Of a stretch of DNA of 64,000 nucleotides, positions 52,442 through 60,159 are shown in pieces. Position 1 is the first letter of the stretch. Each line of letters begins with the position of its first letter. Under the pieces are notes generated by a model that was not told where the DNA came from, did not search any database, and worked only from the letters and a program-made list of their open reading frames with translations. The stretch covers positions 4,640,001 to 4,704,000 of the forward strand of contig OZ242029.1 of NCBI GenBank assembly GCA_965205015.1, read 5' to 3'. A program made the position numbers and the translations under genes. This stretch comes from Candidatus Poribacteria bacterium (GTDB taxonomy: Bacteria; Poribacteria; WGA-4E; WGA-3G).

Positions 52442-52535
52442 GGGGGAGGATAGGGTCCGGTGGCCCTACCGGTCTTCAAAACCGGCTTGTCCATGCAAGT
52501 GGATAGGTGGGTTCGACTCCCACCCTCTCCCGCCA
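52442..52535 (+). tRNA. selC: tRNA-Sec (anticodon UCA)
   Basis: 8-bp acceptor stem, 6-bp D stem, CCGGT-CT-TCA-AA-ACCGG, long variable arm, GTGGG-TTCGACT-CCCAC, G discriminator and CCA. Confidence 0.97.
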
Positions 52536-52623
52536 TCGGCTCAGACGTAGTAGGCACGCGCTGTCGTGTCTTAACCAACACCATAAGTGGTTATAGGCTT
52601 TAGACAACAAAAAACTTGTTAAC

Positions 52624-52652
52624 TTGACAAATAAGTGTAAAAAGGCTATACT
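52624..52652 (+). promoter_or_regulatory. sigma70 promoter
   Basis: TTGACA-17nt-TATACT. Confidence 0.6.
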
Positions 52653-52711
52653 CCTTAAAAGGGGTAAATACATTCTTGCTGGGGTGCTTTGCTGGAACAG
52701 GGCTTTTTGCT

Positions 52712-53116
52712 ATGAATGAAAACGGAAATGAATATGTATCACTGGTAAGAATTCCTCGTAAGTGGTTTTTCGTGTTTGTTGTCGTTTTTTCAGGACTCAT
52801 CATTGCTAATACTGTAGCAGAATTCTGCTTCGGTTGGGCTTGGAAAGATTTAGGAGAAACGACATTAGCACGAATGGCAGTTTTAATGACGTTAATAGTT
52901 GGTTGGTTTTTCATACTATCACACATATTGGAGGCTATTATGTTAGGGTATGCAAAACTCTTTAAAAACAGAATCCTTGCTGAAGCCGAAGAGAAATTGT
53001 ATAAGAAATTAGAGCAAGCTCAAAAAGAAGGCAAAACGCTGGAAGAAGTACTGGAAGCACGCAATGCTGAAAAGAATGGCAAGACCCATCAGCATTCCGG
53101 CTCTAAAACAGCATAA
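52712..53116 (+). CDS. hypothetical two-TM membrane protein (AT-rich)
   Basis: two hydrophobic segments plus charged tail; own promoter and terminator. Confidence 0.55.
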   Translation: MNENGNEYVSLVRIPRKWFFVFVVVFSGLIIANTVAEFCFGWAWKDLGETTLARMAVLMTLIVGWFFILSHILEAIMLGYAKLFKNRILAEAEEKLYKKLEQAQKEGKTLEEVLEARNAEKNGKTHQHSGSKTA

Positions 53117-53133
53117 TACAGTTAATCTATAAG

Positions 53134-53167
53134 AAAGCCATTGGCTAATTAAGTCAGTGGCTTTTTT
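53134..53167 (+). terminator. intrinsic terminator
   Basis: AAAGCCATTGGCT / AGTCAGTGGCTTT followed by a T run. Confidence 0.65.
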
Positions 53168-53206
53168 GAGGTTTGCCAAGCTCGAAACGACTCAGTAAAC
53201 TAAAAA

Positions 53207-54106
53207 ATGCTAAAAACACTCCCGTTACTCAATCAAGACACACCCCAAAGACGGCATCCGTCCTGGATCAAAGCTCGGATGCCGAGTGGTGGTAACTATG
53301 CTGAACTCAAAAAATTGATGCGGGATCTGCAACTTCACACGGTCTGCGAAGAGGCACGCTGTCCGAACATCGGTGAGTGCTGGAACAGTCGGACTGCTAC
53401 CTTTATGATACTCGGTGATGTCTGCACACGCCGCTGCATGTTCTGTGCGGTGAAAAAAGGCGCGCCCGGTGGGATCGTCGATGCCGATGAACCGCGCAGG
53501 CTCGGTGCCGCCGTCGGTCATTTAAAACTCAAGCATGTGGTTATCACCTCAGTCAATCGAGACGACCTTGCCGACGGAGGCGCGAGTATTTTCGCCGCAT
53601 GCATCGCCGAAGCACGGAAACATCGTCCCGGATGCACCGTGGAAGTCCTCATCCCCGACCTCGAAGGAAATTGGGACGCACTCGCAGTCATCGTGCAAGC
53701 GCGCCCTGAAGTGCTCAATCATAACACCGAAACAGTTCCACGTCTCTATCGCCGCGTCCGTCCGTATGCGAATTACCAACAAACCCTGAACCTGCTCCGC
53801 ACCAGCAAACAGCTGGACCCACAGATGCTCACAAAATCCGGACTGATGGTCGGTTTAGGTGAAACCGTGACGGAACTCTTAGAGACAATGGAAGACCTCC
53901 GCAACACCGAATGTGATATTCTCACTGTGGGTCAATACCTCTCTCCTTCCCCACGCCATTTGCCCATTCAACGCTATTATACCCCTGAAGAATTTGAGGA
54001 ACTCAAAGAAGCAGGGATCGAAATGGGATTTCGACATGTAGAGTCGGGCCCATTAGTGCGGAGCTCCTATCATGCCGGTGAACAAGCAAGGTTAGAACAA
54101 AATTAA
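53207..54106 (+). CDS. lipA: lipoyl synthase
   Basis: CEEARCPNIGEC, CTRRCMFC, VRSSY. Confidence 0.97.
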   Translation: MLKTLPLLNQDTPQRRHPSWIKARMPSGGNYAELKKLMRDLQLHTVCEEARCPNIGECWNSRTATFMILGDVCTRRCMFCAVKKGAPGGIVDADEPRRLGAAVGHLKLKHVVITSVNRDDLADGGASIFAACIAEARKHRPGCTVEVLIPDLEGNWDALAVIVQARPEVLNHNTETVPRLYRRVRPYANYQQTLNLLRTSKQLDPQMLTKSGLMVGLGETVTELLETMEDLRNTECDILTVGQYLSPSPRHLPIQRYYTPEEFEELKEAGIEMGFRHVESGPLVRSSYHAGEQARLEQN

Positions 54107-54326
54107 CGAACCTTACAGCATTTAAGGCTGGTTCCACTTCAAATCGCGCCATCCACATATCTCCGAGAAATTTTCAGACTTTACATTAAATCCGATTTTT
54201 GATAAACTAACGCCTGAAGCACACATTTTTGCATCACTGCAAAATACCTCGCGTTTCCTTCATGACACGGTTTCTAAAGAAGTAAGAAATTGGGATTGTC
54301 TCACTATCAGAACGAGGAGGCGGACA

Positions 54327-56054
54327 ATGAAAGGACTCACTTTCTTCAAAGCAACAAACTTTTGTTTACAGATAAAGCGCGTCAGTTTTGTTATTTTCGT
54401 CGTAAGTTTAGCACTTGCTGCGACACCGAGTCCCATCACAGCCGGAACCACACCGGATATTCAACCTGTTACGAACGAGATGTTACTCTCATCACAAGAT
54501 GACTCCGAGAGCTGGCTGATGTACGGACGGGATTACAGAAGTTGGCGATATAGTCAACTCACACAGGTTAACACTGAAAACGTTAAAAAACTCGTCCCGA
54601 AATGGGCGTTTCAAATTGGAACACCCTTCGATAAGTTTGAATGTACCCCACTGGTTGTCGACGGTGTGATGTTCATCACCACCCCTTATAGCACCATCTA
54701 TGCCGTGGACGCAAGAACCGGTAAGGAAATATGGCGGTACGATTATGAACTTCCCGACGATTTGGCGATCTGCTGTGGTATGGTGAACCGCGGGGCTGCT
54801 ATCTTGGGCGATAAAATCTTTTGGGTAACGCTTGACGCACATCTCCTTGCCCTCGATGCGAAAACCGGCAGGGTCCTCTGGGACAGAGTGGTCGGGGATC
54901 TGACGAACGCTGAATCCCTCACAGTCGCCCCGTTAGTCGTCAAAGACAAAGTGATTGTCGGCATATCAGGCGCAGAATACGGCATCCGAGGCTACATCGA
55001 CGCGTATTACGCCGACACCGGTGAACAGGCATGGCGATTTTACACCGTCCCTTCAAAAGACGAACCCGGCGGCGACACATGGGAAGGCGATTCATGGATG
55101 ACAGGTGGCGGCTCCGCCTGGGTCACAGGTTCCTACGACCCCGAATTGAATCTCGTCTACTGGGGAACGGGTAACCCGGCACCCGATTGGAACGGTGCCG
55201 TCCGGAGAGGCGACAACCTCTATACCGACTGTATCGTTGCGTTGGATGCCGATACCGGAAAACTCAAATGGTACTTTCAAGCCACACCCCACGATCTATG
55301 GGATTGGGACGGCGTGAGTGAACCGGTACTGATCGATATGGAGATAGATGGCGCGCCAGTCAAAGCACTGATGCAAGCGAATCGCAACGGCTATTTCTAT
55401 GTGCTTGATAGAACCAACGGAAAATTTCTATACGCAAGCACTTATTGCGAACAGAACTGGTCGGCGGGCCTCGATGAAAACGGACGTCCTACCGTCCTAC
55501 CCGGCGTGTCCACCTCAGAAGAAGGCACGATTCGTGTGTGTCCCGGCGTTGAAGGCGGCAAGAACTGGCCCCCGTCAGCCTATAACCCGCTCACAAATTA
55601 CCTCTATGTTCCTTCGTTGGAACTCTGCGGTTCCTTTCATCAAGGGCGCGTTTTCTACGTGAAAGGTCTCCCCTACCTCGGCAGCGGTATGACAGCCGAA
55701 AAAGACGAAGACGGTGACATGATGATGTGGGGACATATCAGCGCGATTGATGTTTCCACGGGTGAGATTAAATGGCGACACAAAACGAACTTCCCACAAT
55801 GGGGTGGATGTCTCACAACGGCAGGCGGTCTCGTTTTTGCGGGTGATTTAGAGGGCAGATTCATGGCACTCTCGGCAGAAACCGGCGAAGTGCTTTGGGA
55901 TTTCCAGACTGGATCCGGGGTTCTCGCCCCCCCAATTACCTATCAACTCGACGGCGTTCAATACGTTGTGATAGCATCGGGTGCTGTGAAATATGCCGAA
56001 GTTAATGCGCGCCAAGGCGGAACCCTCTTTGTGTTCGCGCTTTTTGATGAATAG
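54327..56054 (+). CDS. PQQ-dependent alcohol/methanol-family dehydrogenase
   Basis: signal peptide; vicinal CC (ICCGMVNRG), GAEYG, GTGNP, HDLWDWDG, W-motif propeller. Confidence 0.92.
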   Translation: MKGLTFFKATNFCLQIKRVSFVIFVVSLALAATPSPITAGTTPDIQPVTNEMLLSSQDDSESWLMYGRDYRSWRYSQLTQVNTENVKKLVPKWAFQIGTPFDKFECTPLVVDGVMFITTPYSTIYAVDARTGKEIWRYDYELPDDLAICCGMVNRGAAILGDKIFWVTLDAHLLALDAKTGRVLWDRVVGDLTNAESLTVAPLVVKDKVIVGISGAEYGIRGYIDAYYADTGEQAWRFYTVPSKDEPGGDTWEGDSWMTGGGSAWVTGSYDPELNLVYWGTGNPAPDWNGAVRRGDNLYTDCIVALDADTGKLKWYFQATPHDLWDWDGVSEPVLIDMEIDGAPVKALMQANRNGYFYVLDRTNGKFLYASTYCEQNWSAGLDENGRPTVLPGVSTSEEGTIRVCPGVEGGKNWPPSAYNPLTNYLYVPSLELCGSFHQGRVFYVKGLPYLGSGMTAEKDEDGDMMMWGHISAIDVSTGEIKWRHKTNFPQWGGCLTTAGGLVFAGDLEGRFMALSAETGEVLWDFQTGSGVLAPPITYQLDGVQYVVIASGAVKYAEVNARQGGTLFVFALFDE

Positions 56055-56104
56055 TTGTTAGTTTTCGGTTTTCGGTTGTCAGTTAAGAGAGGCTTTTGTT
56101 AATC

Positions 56105-56520
56105 GTGATAGACCACATGCTAAAGCATGTGGCTTCTACAATCGTTATGCAGAAGCTCTCGTGCGATCAACGACTGTTGCTCTCTTACGAAAGACTTATA
56201 CAGCCTACTGCAACAGTCGCTACCCCGACTGCGACACCGAAGTGTCCTTGCGAAAAGTTTGTAATGAGTCATGCCTTCTGGCAAACACGTTGGGCCTTGA
56301 GTCCGCTATCCGTGTAATACTCATGTCGAGCTGCTATTTAGGATAGGTAATCGTTTTAGAGCTTTACACTACAGGAACGCTATCACGAGCTTAGCAACCA
56401 AAGCCTCTGTAGCAACCTTACACTCTGAAAGTATTATAGCAGATTCAAAACCTTATTTCAAGGAGAAACAGCGTCTACATCTCCACGCGAAAGCATGGAG
56501 TTTTGACGCTGAAGATTATG
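56105..56520 (-). mobile_element. non-autonomous IS200/IS605-type element with no tnpA or tnpB, 416 bp
   Basis: minus strand: TTTAT then left-end hairpin CAGCGTC..TCCATGC-TTTC-GCGTGGA..GACGCTG; right end GAAGCCACATGC-TTTA-GCATGTGGTCTATCAC; no TSD; removing it restores a flanking hairpin. Confidence 0.72.
56433..56461 (-). promoter_or_regulatory. promoter inside the element driving an ORF-less RNA
   Basis: TTGAAA-17nt-TATAAT with TG extension. Confidence 0.6.
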
Positions 56521-56561
56521 ATAAACCTCTTTAACCGAAAATGAATAAATAGGAGGGACCC

Positions 56562-57437
56562 GTGAAACACCAAATCCCTTTGTGGATCGCGCTTCTCATA
56601 TTGCCTATTCTGATCCTACACAACGCAAGTGCCGATAGTGTCTTGGAAGAAATTCGGGCAAAGGGTGTCTTAACGGTCTGTATGGACATCCGAAATCTGC
56701 CTTACTCCAATGCGGATCCGGAACTTCCTGGATTATATGTTGAGATAGCACACTTACTGGCAGCGGAGCTCGGTGTTAAGTTGGAACTCCACTGGCTTAA
56801 CACCCTCCGTGATAGTCTACTGGCTGACATGATACGCGGACATTGCGACTGTGTAATCGGAGTGCCCATTGAGGAGCGCGCCATGAGTGAAGCAATTCAA
56901 TTGGGGAAAAACGTTGATTTCTCTACGCCCTTCTACGGGACGGGATACGTATTGGTAAAACAGAAAGATAACCAAGCGTCCCCGAAAACGCTGGAGGACA
57001 TCAAGTTAGAAACCATTGGAACAGAAGCGGGTTCTATCGCAAGTGATGTCCTTCGACAGATGGGGTATAATCGTCGCGTTTATCGCTCACAAATTGCCGT
57101 CTTAGACGCTCTCAAGAAAGGGCAAATTGCTTACGGATATGTCTGGTCAAACATTGGGTGGCTGATTGAAAAGGGTTCCCGAATTCAGCAGCCAGAACAG
57201 ACGGACACCGTTTACCCTGAATTAGAGATTGTCAAAGAATACATTCCTGAAGTTCGTCTTCGTTGGAATATCGCTATTGCTTTTAGCAAAGATAAGCCCA
57301 CACGAGAAACACGTGAACTTCGAGACGTTGTTAACACAATTATCGAACAGAAATGGAGCGAAGAAAAACTCAAAGACCTCTGTGAAAAGTATTATTTGCC
57401 TTACTTCGCTCCGTTTCAGGAGGATGAACAGAAATGA
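56562..57437 (+). CDS. MoxJ/XoxJ-like periplasmic substrate-binding protein
   Basis: LTVCMD..NLPYS, STPFYGTGYV, YVW; context beside a PQQ dehydrogenase. Confidence 0.75.
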   Translation: MKHQIPLWIALLILPILILHNASADSVLEEIRAKGVLTVCMDIRNLPYSNADPELPGLYVEIAHLLAAELGVKLELHWLNTLRDSLLADMIRGHCDCVIGVPIEERAMSEAIQLGKNVDFSTPFYGTGYVLVKQKDNQASPKTLEDIKLETIGTEAGSIASDVLRQMGYNRRVYRSQIAVLDALKKGQIAYGYVWSNIGWLIEKGSRIQQPEQTDTVYPELEIVKEYIPEVRLRWNIAIAFSKDKPTRETRELRDVVNTIIEQKWSEEKLKDLCEKYYLPYFAPFQEDEQK

Positions 57438-58360
57438 TGTATTATTCTACCCGCGTTACAACTTCTACCGTTCGAATAACGTGGTGCCTCTTCCTCCTCT
57501 CTCTGGGGATAAGTCTCTTCTTTTTTCCGCTCGTAAACGCTCAGGACTTAGAGGTGGATATTGCCCCCGCAGCACCGAGAGAAGTTATTAATTATGACGA
57601 AGATGTTATTGATGGCGCGTTCTACTTCCGTTTGATGTGTTGGAATTGTCACGCCCAACAAACACGTGGTGGCAAAGCACCTGATCTTTTTAAACCGCAG
57701 TGGCTCTACGGATGGACGGATGACGGCATCTTCCAAACCGTATTCAACGGACTTCCAGGGACCGAGATGCAAAAGTTTGGTGGTAAACTTTCTGATGAAG
57801 CGATTAACATGATTGTCGGTTACGTCCGCTCACAACAAGCGAAAGCGGCAGGGGTCTCTTTGGAGGAAGCGAAACCTACTCAGGATTGGAGTCCCTATAT
57901 GGGGGGCGATGTCAAAGCGGGAGAAGCCATCTTCTTCTCAGAAGGGTACGCCTGCGGTAAGTGCCACACGGTTCATGGGAGAGGCGCGACCGGCACTGGC
58001 AGTGAAATAGGTCCTGACATGACGTATGTCGCTCGCACCCGCTCACCGCAATTCATTGTCGAGTCCATCCTCAATCCGCGCGCCTATATCGCGCCTGAAT
58101 ATGAAATGATTACCATTTTCACTAAGGATGGAAAGGAAATCACCGGTAGGAAGCGTCATCAGTATGATCACAGAGGCAGATTGGACCCTGAAACCATCCA
58201 GATACTCGACGATTCTGGGAAGTTATGGACAACCTACTTCACAAAGGATATAAGGAGTACGAGTGTCCCACAAGCAGGCGTTATGCCTGAAAACTTCGCA
58301 GATATTCTTTCTGTCAAGCAGATGCACGACCTTCTGGCGTATCTGTTCACACTAAAATAG
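57434..58360 (+). CDS. dihaem c-type cytochrome
   Basis: CWNCH and CGKCH; GTEM and VMP Met ligand candidates; signal peptide. Confidence 0.88.
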   Translation: MMYYSTRVTTSTVRITWCLFLLSLGISLFFFPLVNAQDLEVDIAPAAPREVINYDEDVIDGAFYFRLMCWNCHAQQTRGGKAPDLFKPQWLYGWTDDGIFQTVFNGLPGTEMQKFGGKLSDEAINMIVGYVRSQQAKAAGVSLEEAKPTQDWSPYMGGDVKAGEAIFFSEGYACGKCHTVHGRGATGTGSEIGPDMTYVARTRSPQFIVESILNPRAYIAPEYEMITIFTKDGKEITGRKRHQYDHRGRLDPETIQILDDSGKLWTTYFTKDIRSTSVPQAGVMPENFADILSVKQMHDLLAYLFTLK

Positions 58361-58486
58361 CCGTTAGCAGTCAGGCCGCTTCGCTCTCGGCTTTCAGCTA
58401 AGAGGTTTTCGATGAACTGAGGGAAACCGATGGTTTCCGAGGACTGGCTGCTATTCTGTCATTTAACCGCAAGGAAAATTAAAAAA

Positions 58487-59290
58487 ATGATCCGTGTAAT
58501 TATTAATGGGGCATGTGGCCGTATGGGACGGCTCATCATCCGAGGCGTTTCCGAACAAGCCGATATGGAAATCGTTGGCGCGATTGAATTCCCAGAACAC
58601 CCACAGATCGGGAGTGATGCCGGTGTTGTTGCCGGTATTGGAGAAATAGGGGTAGCGATTACAGGGAGCCTTGAGGATGTCCTTGAAAACGCAGATGTTG
58701 TCATCGAATTCTCGAAACCTGAGGCGACCTTACAACACCTCCGCCAAGTCGTCAACGCCGACAAAGCGATGATAATCGCAACGACCGGCTATGACCCCGA
58801 TGAACTTGCGACTCTCAGGGAACTCGCCTCACAGATTCGCTGCGTCATGGCACCGAACATGAGTCTCGGTGTCAATGTGATGATCCAAGCATTGGAATTA
58901 ATCGCTAAAGCCCTCGGGGACGATTACGATATTGAGGTGATAGAGGCACACCACAACCACAAAGCAGATTCACCGAGCGGCACAGCACTCCGCTTAGCGG
59001 AGACAGTCGCTACGGCATTGGGTCGCGACTTAGATGAGGTGGGTGTTTACGGCAGGCACGGCATCGTTGGGGCGCGACCGAAGAAGCAGATCGGCATCCA
59101 CGCCGTTCGAGGTGGTGATATCGCCGGCGATCATACAGTACTGTTCGCAACCGAAGGTGAGCAATTAAGCGTCGTTCACCGCGCCCACAGTCCAGAGGCG
59201 TTCGCCAAAGGTGCGATTCGCGCAGCGAGATGGGTCATCAACGCGCCTAAAGGGTTACACGATGTCAGCGAAGTCCTGTTTCAGAAATAG
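58487..59290 (+). CDS. dapB: 4-hydroxy-tetrahydrodipicolinate reductase, copy 1
   Basis: GACGRMG, ATTG, APNMSLG, EAHHNHKADSPSGTA. Confidence 0.95.
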   Translation: MIRVIINGACGRMGRLIIRGVSEQADMEIVGAIEFPEHPQIGSDAGVVAGIGEIGVAITGSLEDVLENADVVIEFSKPEATLQHLRQVVNADKAMIIATTGYDPDELATLRELASQIRCVMAPNMSLGVNVMIQALELIAKALGDDYDIEVIEAHHNHKADSPSGTALRLAETVATALGRDLDEVGVYGRHGIVGARPKKQIGIHAVRGGDIAGDHTVLFATEGEQLSVVHRAHSPEAFAKGAIRAARWVINAPKGLHDVSEVLFQK

Positions 59291-59361
59291 TAGACACGAC
59301 GCTATATCAAAACCGTCACATCGCAACCCCATGTCATTTAACCGCAAGGAAAATTAAAAAG

Positions 59362-60159
59362 ATGATTCGTGCAGTTATCACCGGCGTTTGCGGTCGTATG
59401 GGGCGTTGCATCACGCGCGGCATTGCCCAGCAACCCGATATGCGACTCGTGGGGGCTGTCCAATATCCTTCACACCCACAAATCGGGAACGATGCGGGTG
59501 TTGTGGCTGGCATTGGTGAGATTGGCGTCGCCATTACAGGCCAACTTGACGACGTGCTTCATCGTTCAGATGTTGTCATCGAATTTTCAAAACCTGAAGC
59601 AACCCTGGACCACCTCCAACAAGTCGTCGATACAGATAAAGCCATGGTTCTCGGAACAACTGGTTTTACCGCCGACGAATTCGCGACCCTCAAAGTTCAC
59701 GCATCAAGGATCCGCTGTGTCATGGCACCGAACATGAGTCTCGGTGTCAATGTGATGCTCCAAGCATTAGAATTAATTGCCAAAGCCCTCGGAAATGATT
59801 ATAATATTGAAGTGATAGAAGCGCACCACAATCACAAAGCAGATTCACCGAGCGGTACAGCCTTACGTGTAGCGGAAACGCTCACCACAGCACTTGAACA
59901 AAATTTAGATGAGGTGGGTGTCCACGGTCGCCACGGCATTATGGGCGCGAGACCGAAGAAACAGATCGGCATTCATGCAGTCCGAGGTGGCGATATTGCT
60001 GGTGATCACACAGTATTGTTCGCAACAGAGGGTGAGCAATTAAGCATTGTCCACCGCGCCCACAGTCCAGAGGCGTTCGCCAAAGGCGCGATTCGCGCAG
60101 CGAAATGGATTATCGACGCACCTAAAGGGTTACACGATGTCAGCGAAGTCCTGTTTTAA
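59362..60159 (+). CDS. dapB: 4-hydroxy-tetrahydrodipicolinate reductase, copy 2
   Basis: GVCGRMG, GTTG, EAHHNHKADSPSGTA. Confidence 0.95.
   Translation: MIRAVITGVCGRMGRCITRGIAQQPDMRLVGAVQYPSHPQIGNDAGVVAGIGEIGVAITGQLDDVLHRSDVVIEFSKPEATLDHLQQVVDTDKAMVLGTTGFTADEFATLKVHASRIRCVMAPNMSLGVNVMLQALELIAKALGNDYNIEVIEAHHNHKADSPSGTALRVAETLTTALEQNLDEVGVHGRHGIMGARPKKQIGIHAVRGGDIAGDHTVLFATEGEQLSIVHRAHSPEAFAKGAIRAAKWIIDAPKGLHDVSEVLF

Noticed and set aside
50403-54106. Selenoprotein gene near selB/selC
   Set aside because: No interrupted ORF with an in-frame TGA and SECIS-like hairpin was noticed, and selA/selD are not in the window.
56105-56520. IStron/group I intron, IscB-type HEARO RNA on the plus strand, or the short ORFs 56096-56317 and 56161-56346
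   Set aside because: The element ends in TCAC rather than a terminal G and no P7 core was recognised. The promoter and end polarity favour a minus-strand TnpB-type element. The ORFs lack RBS and motifs.
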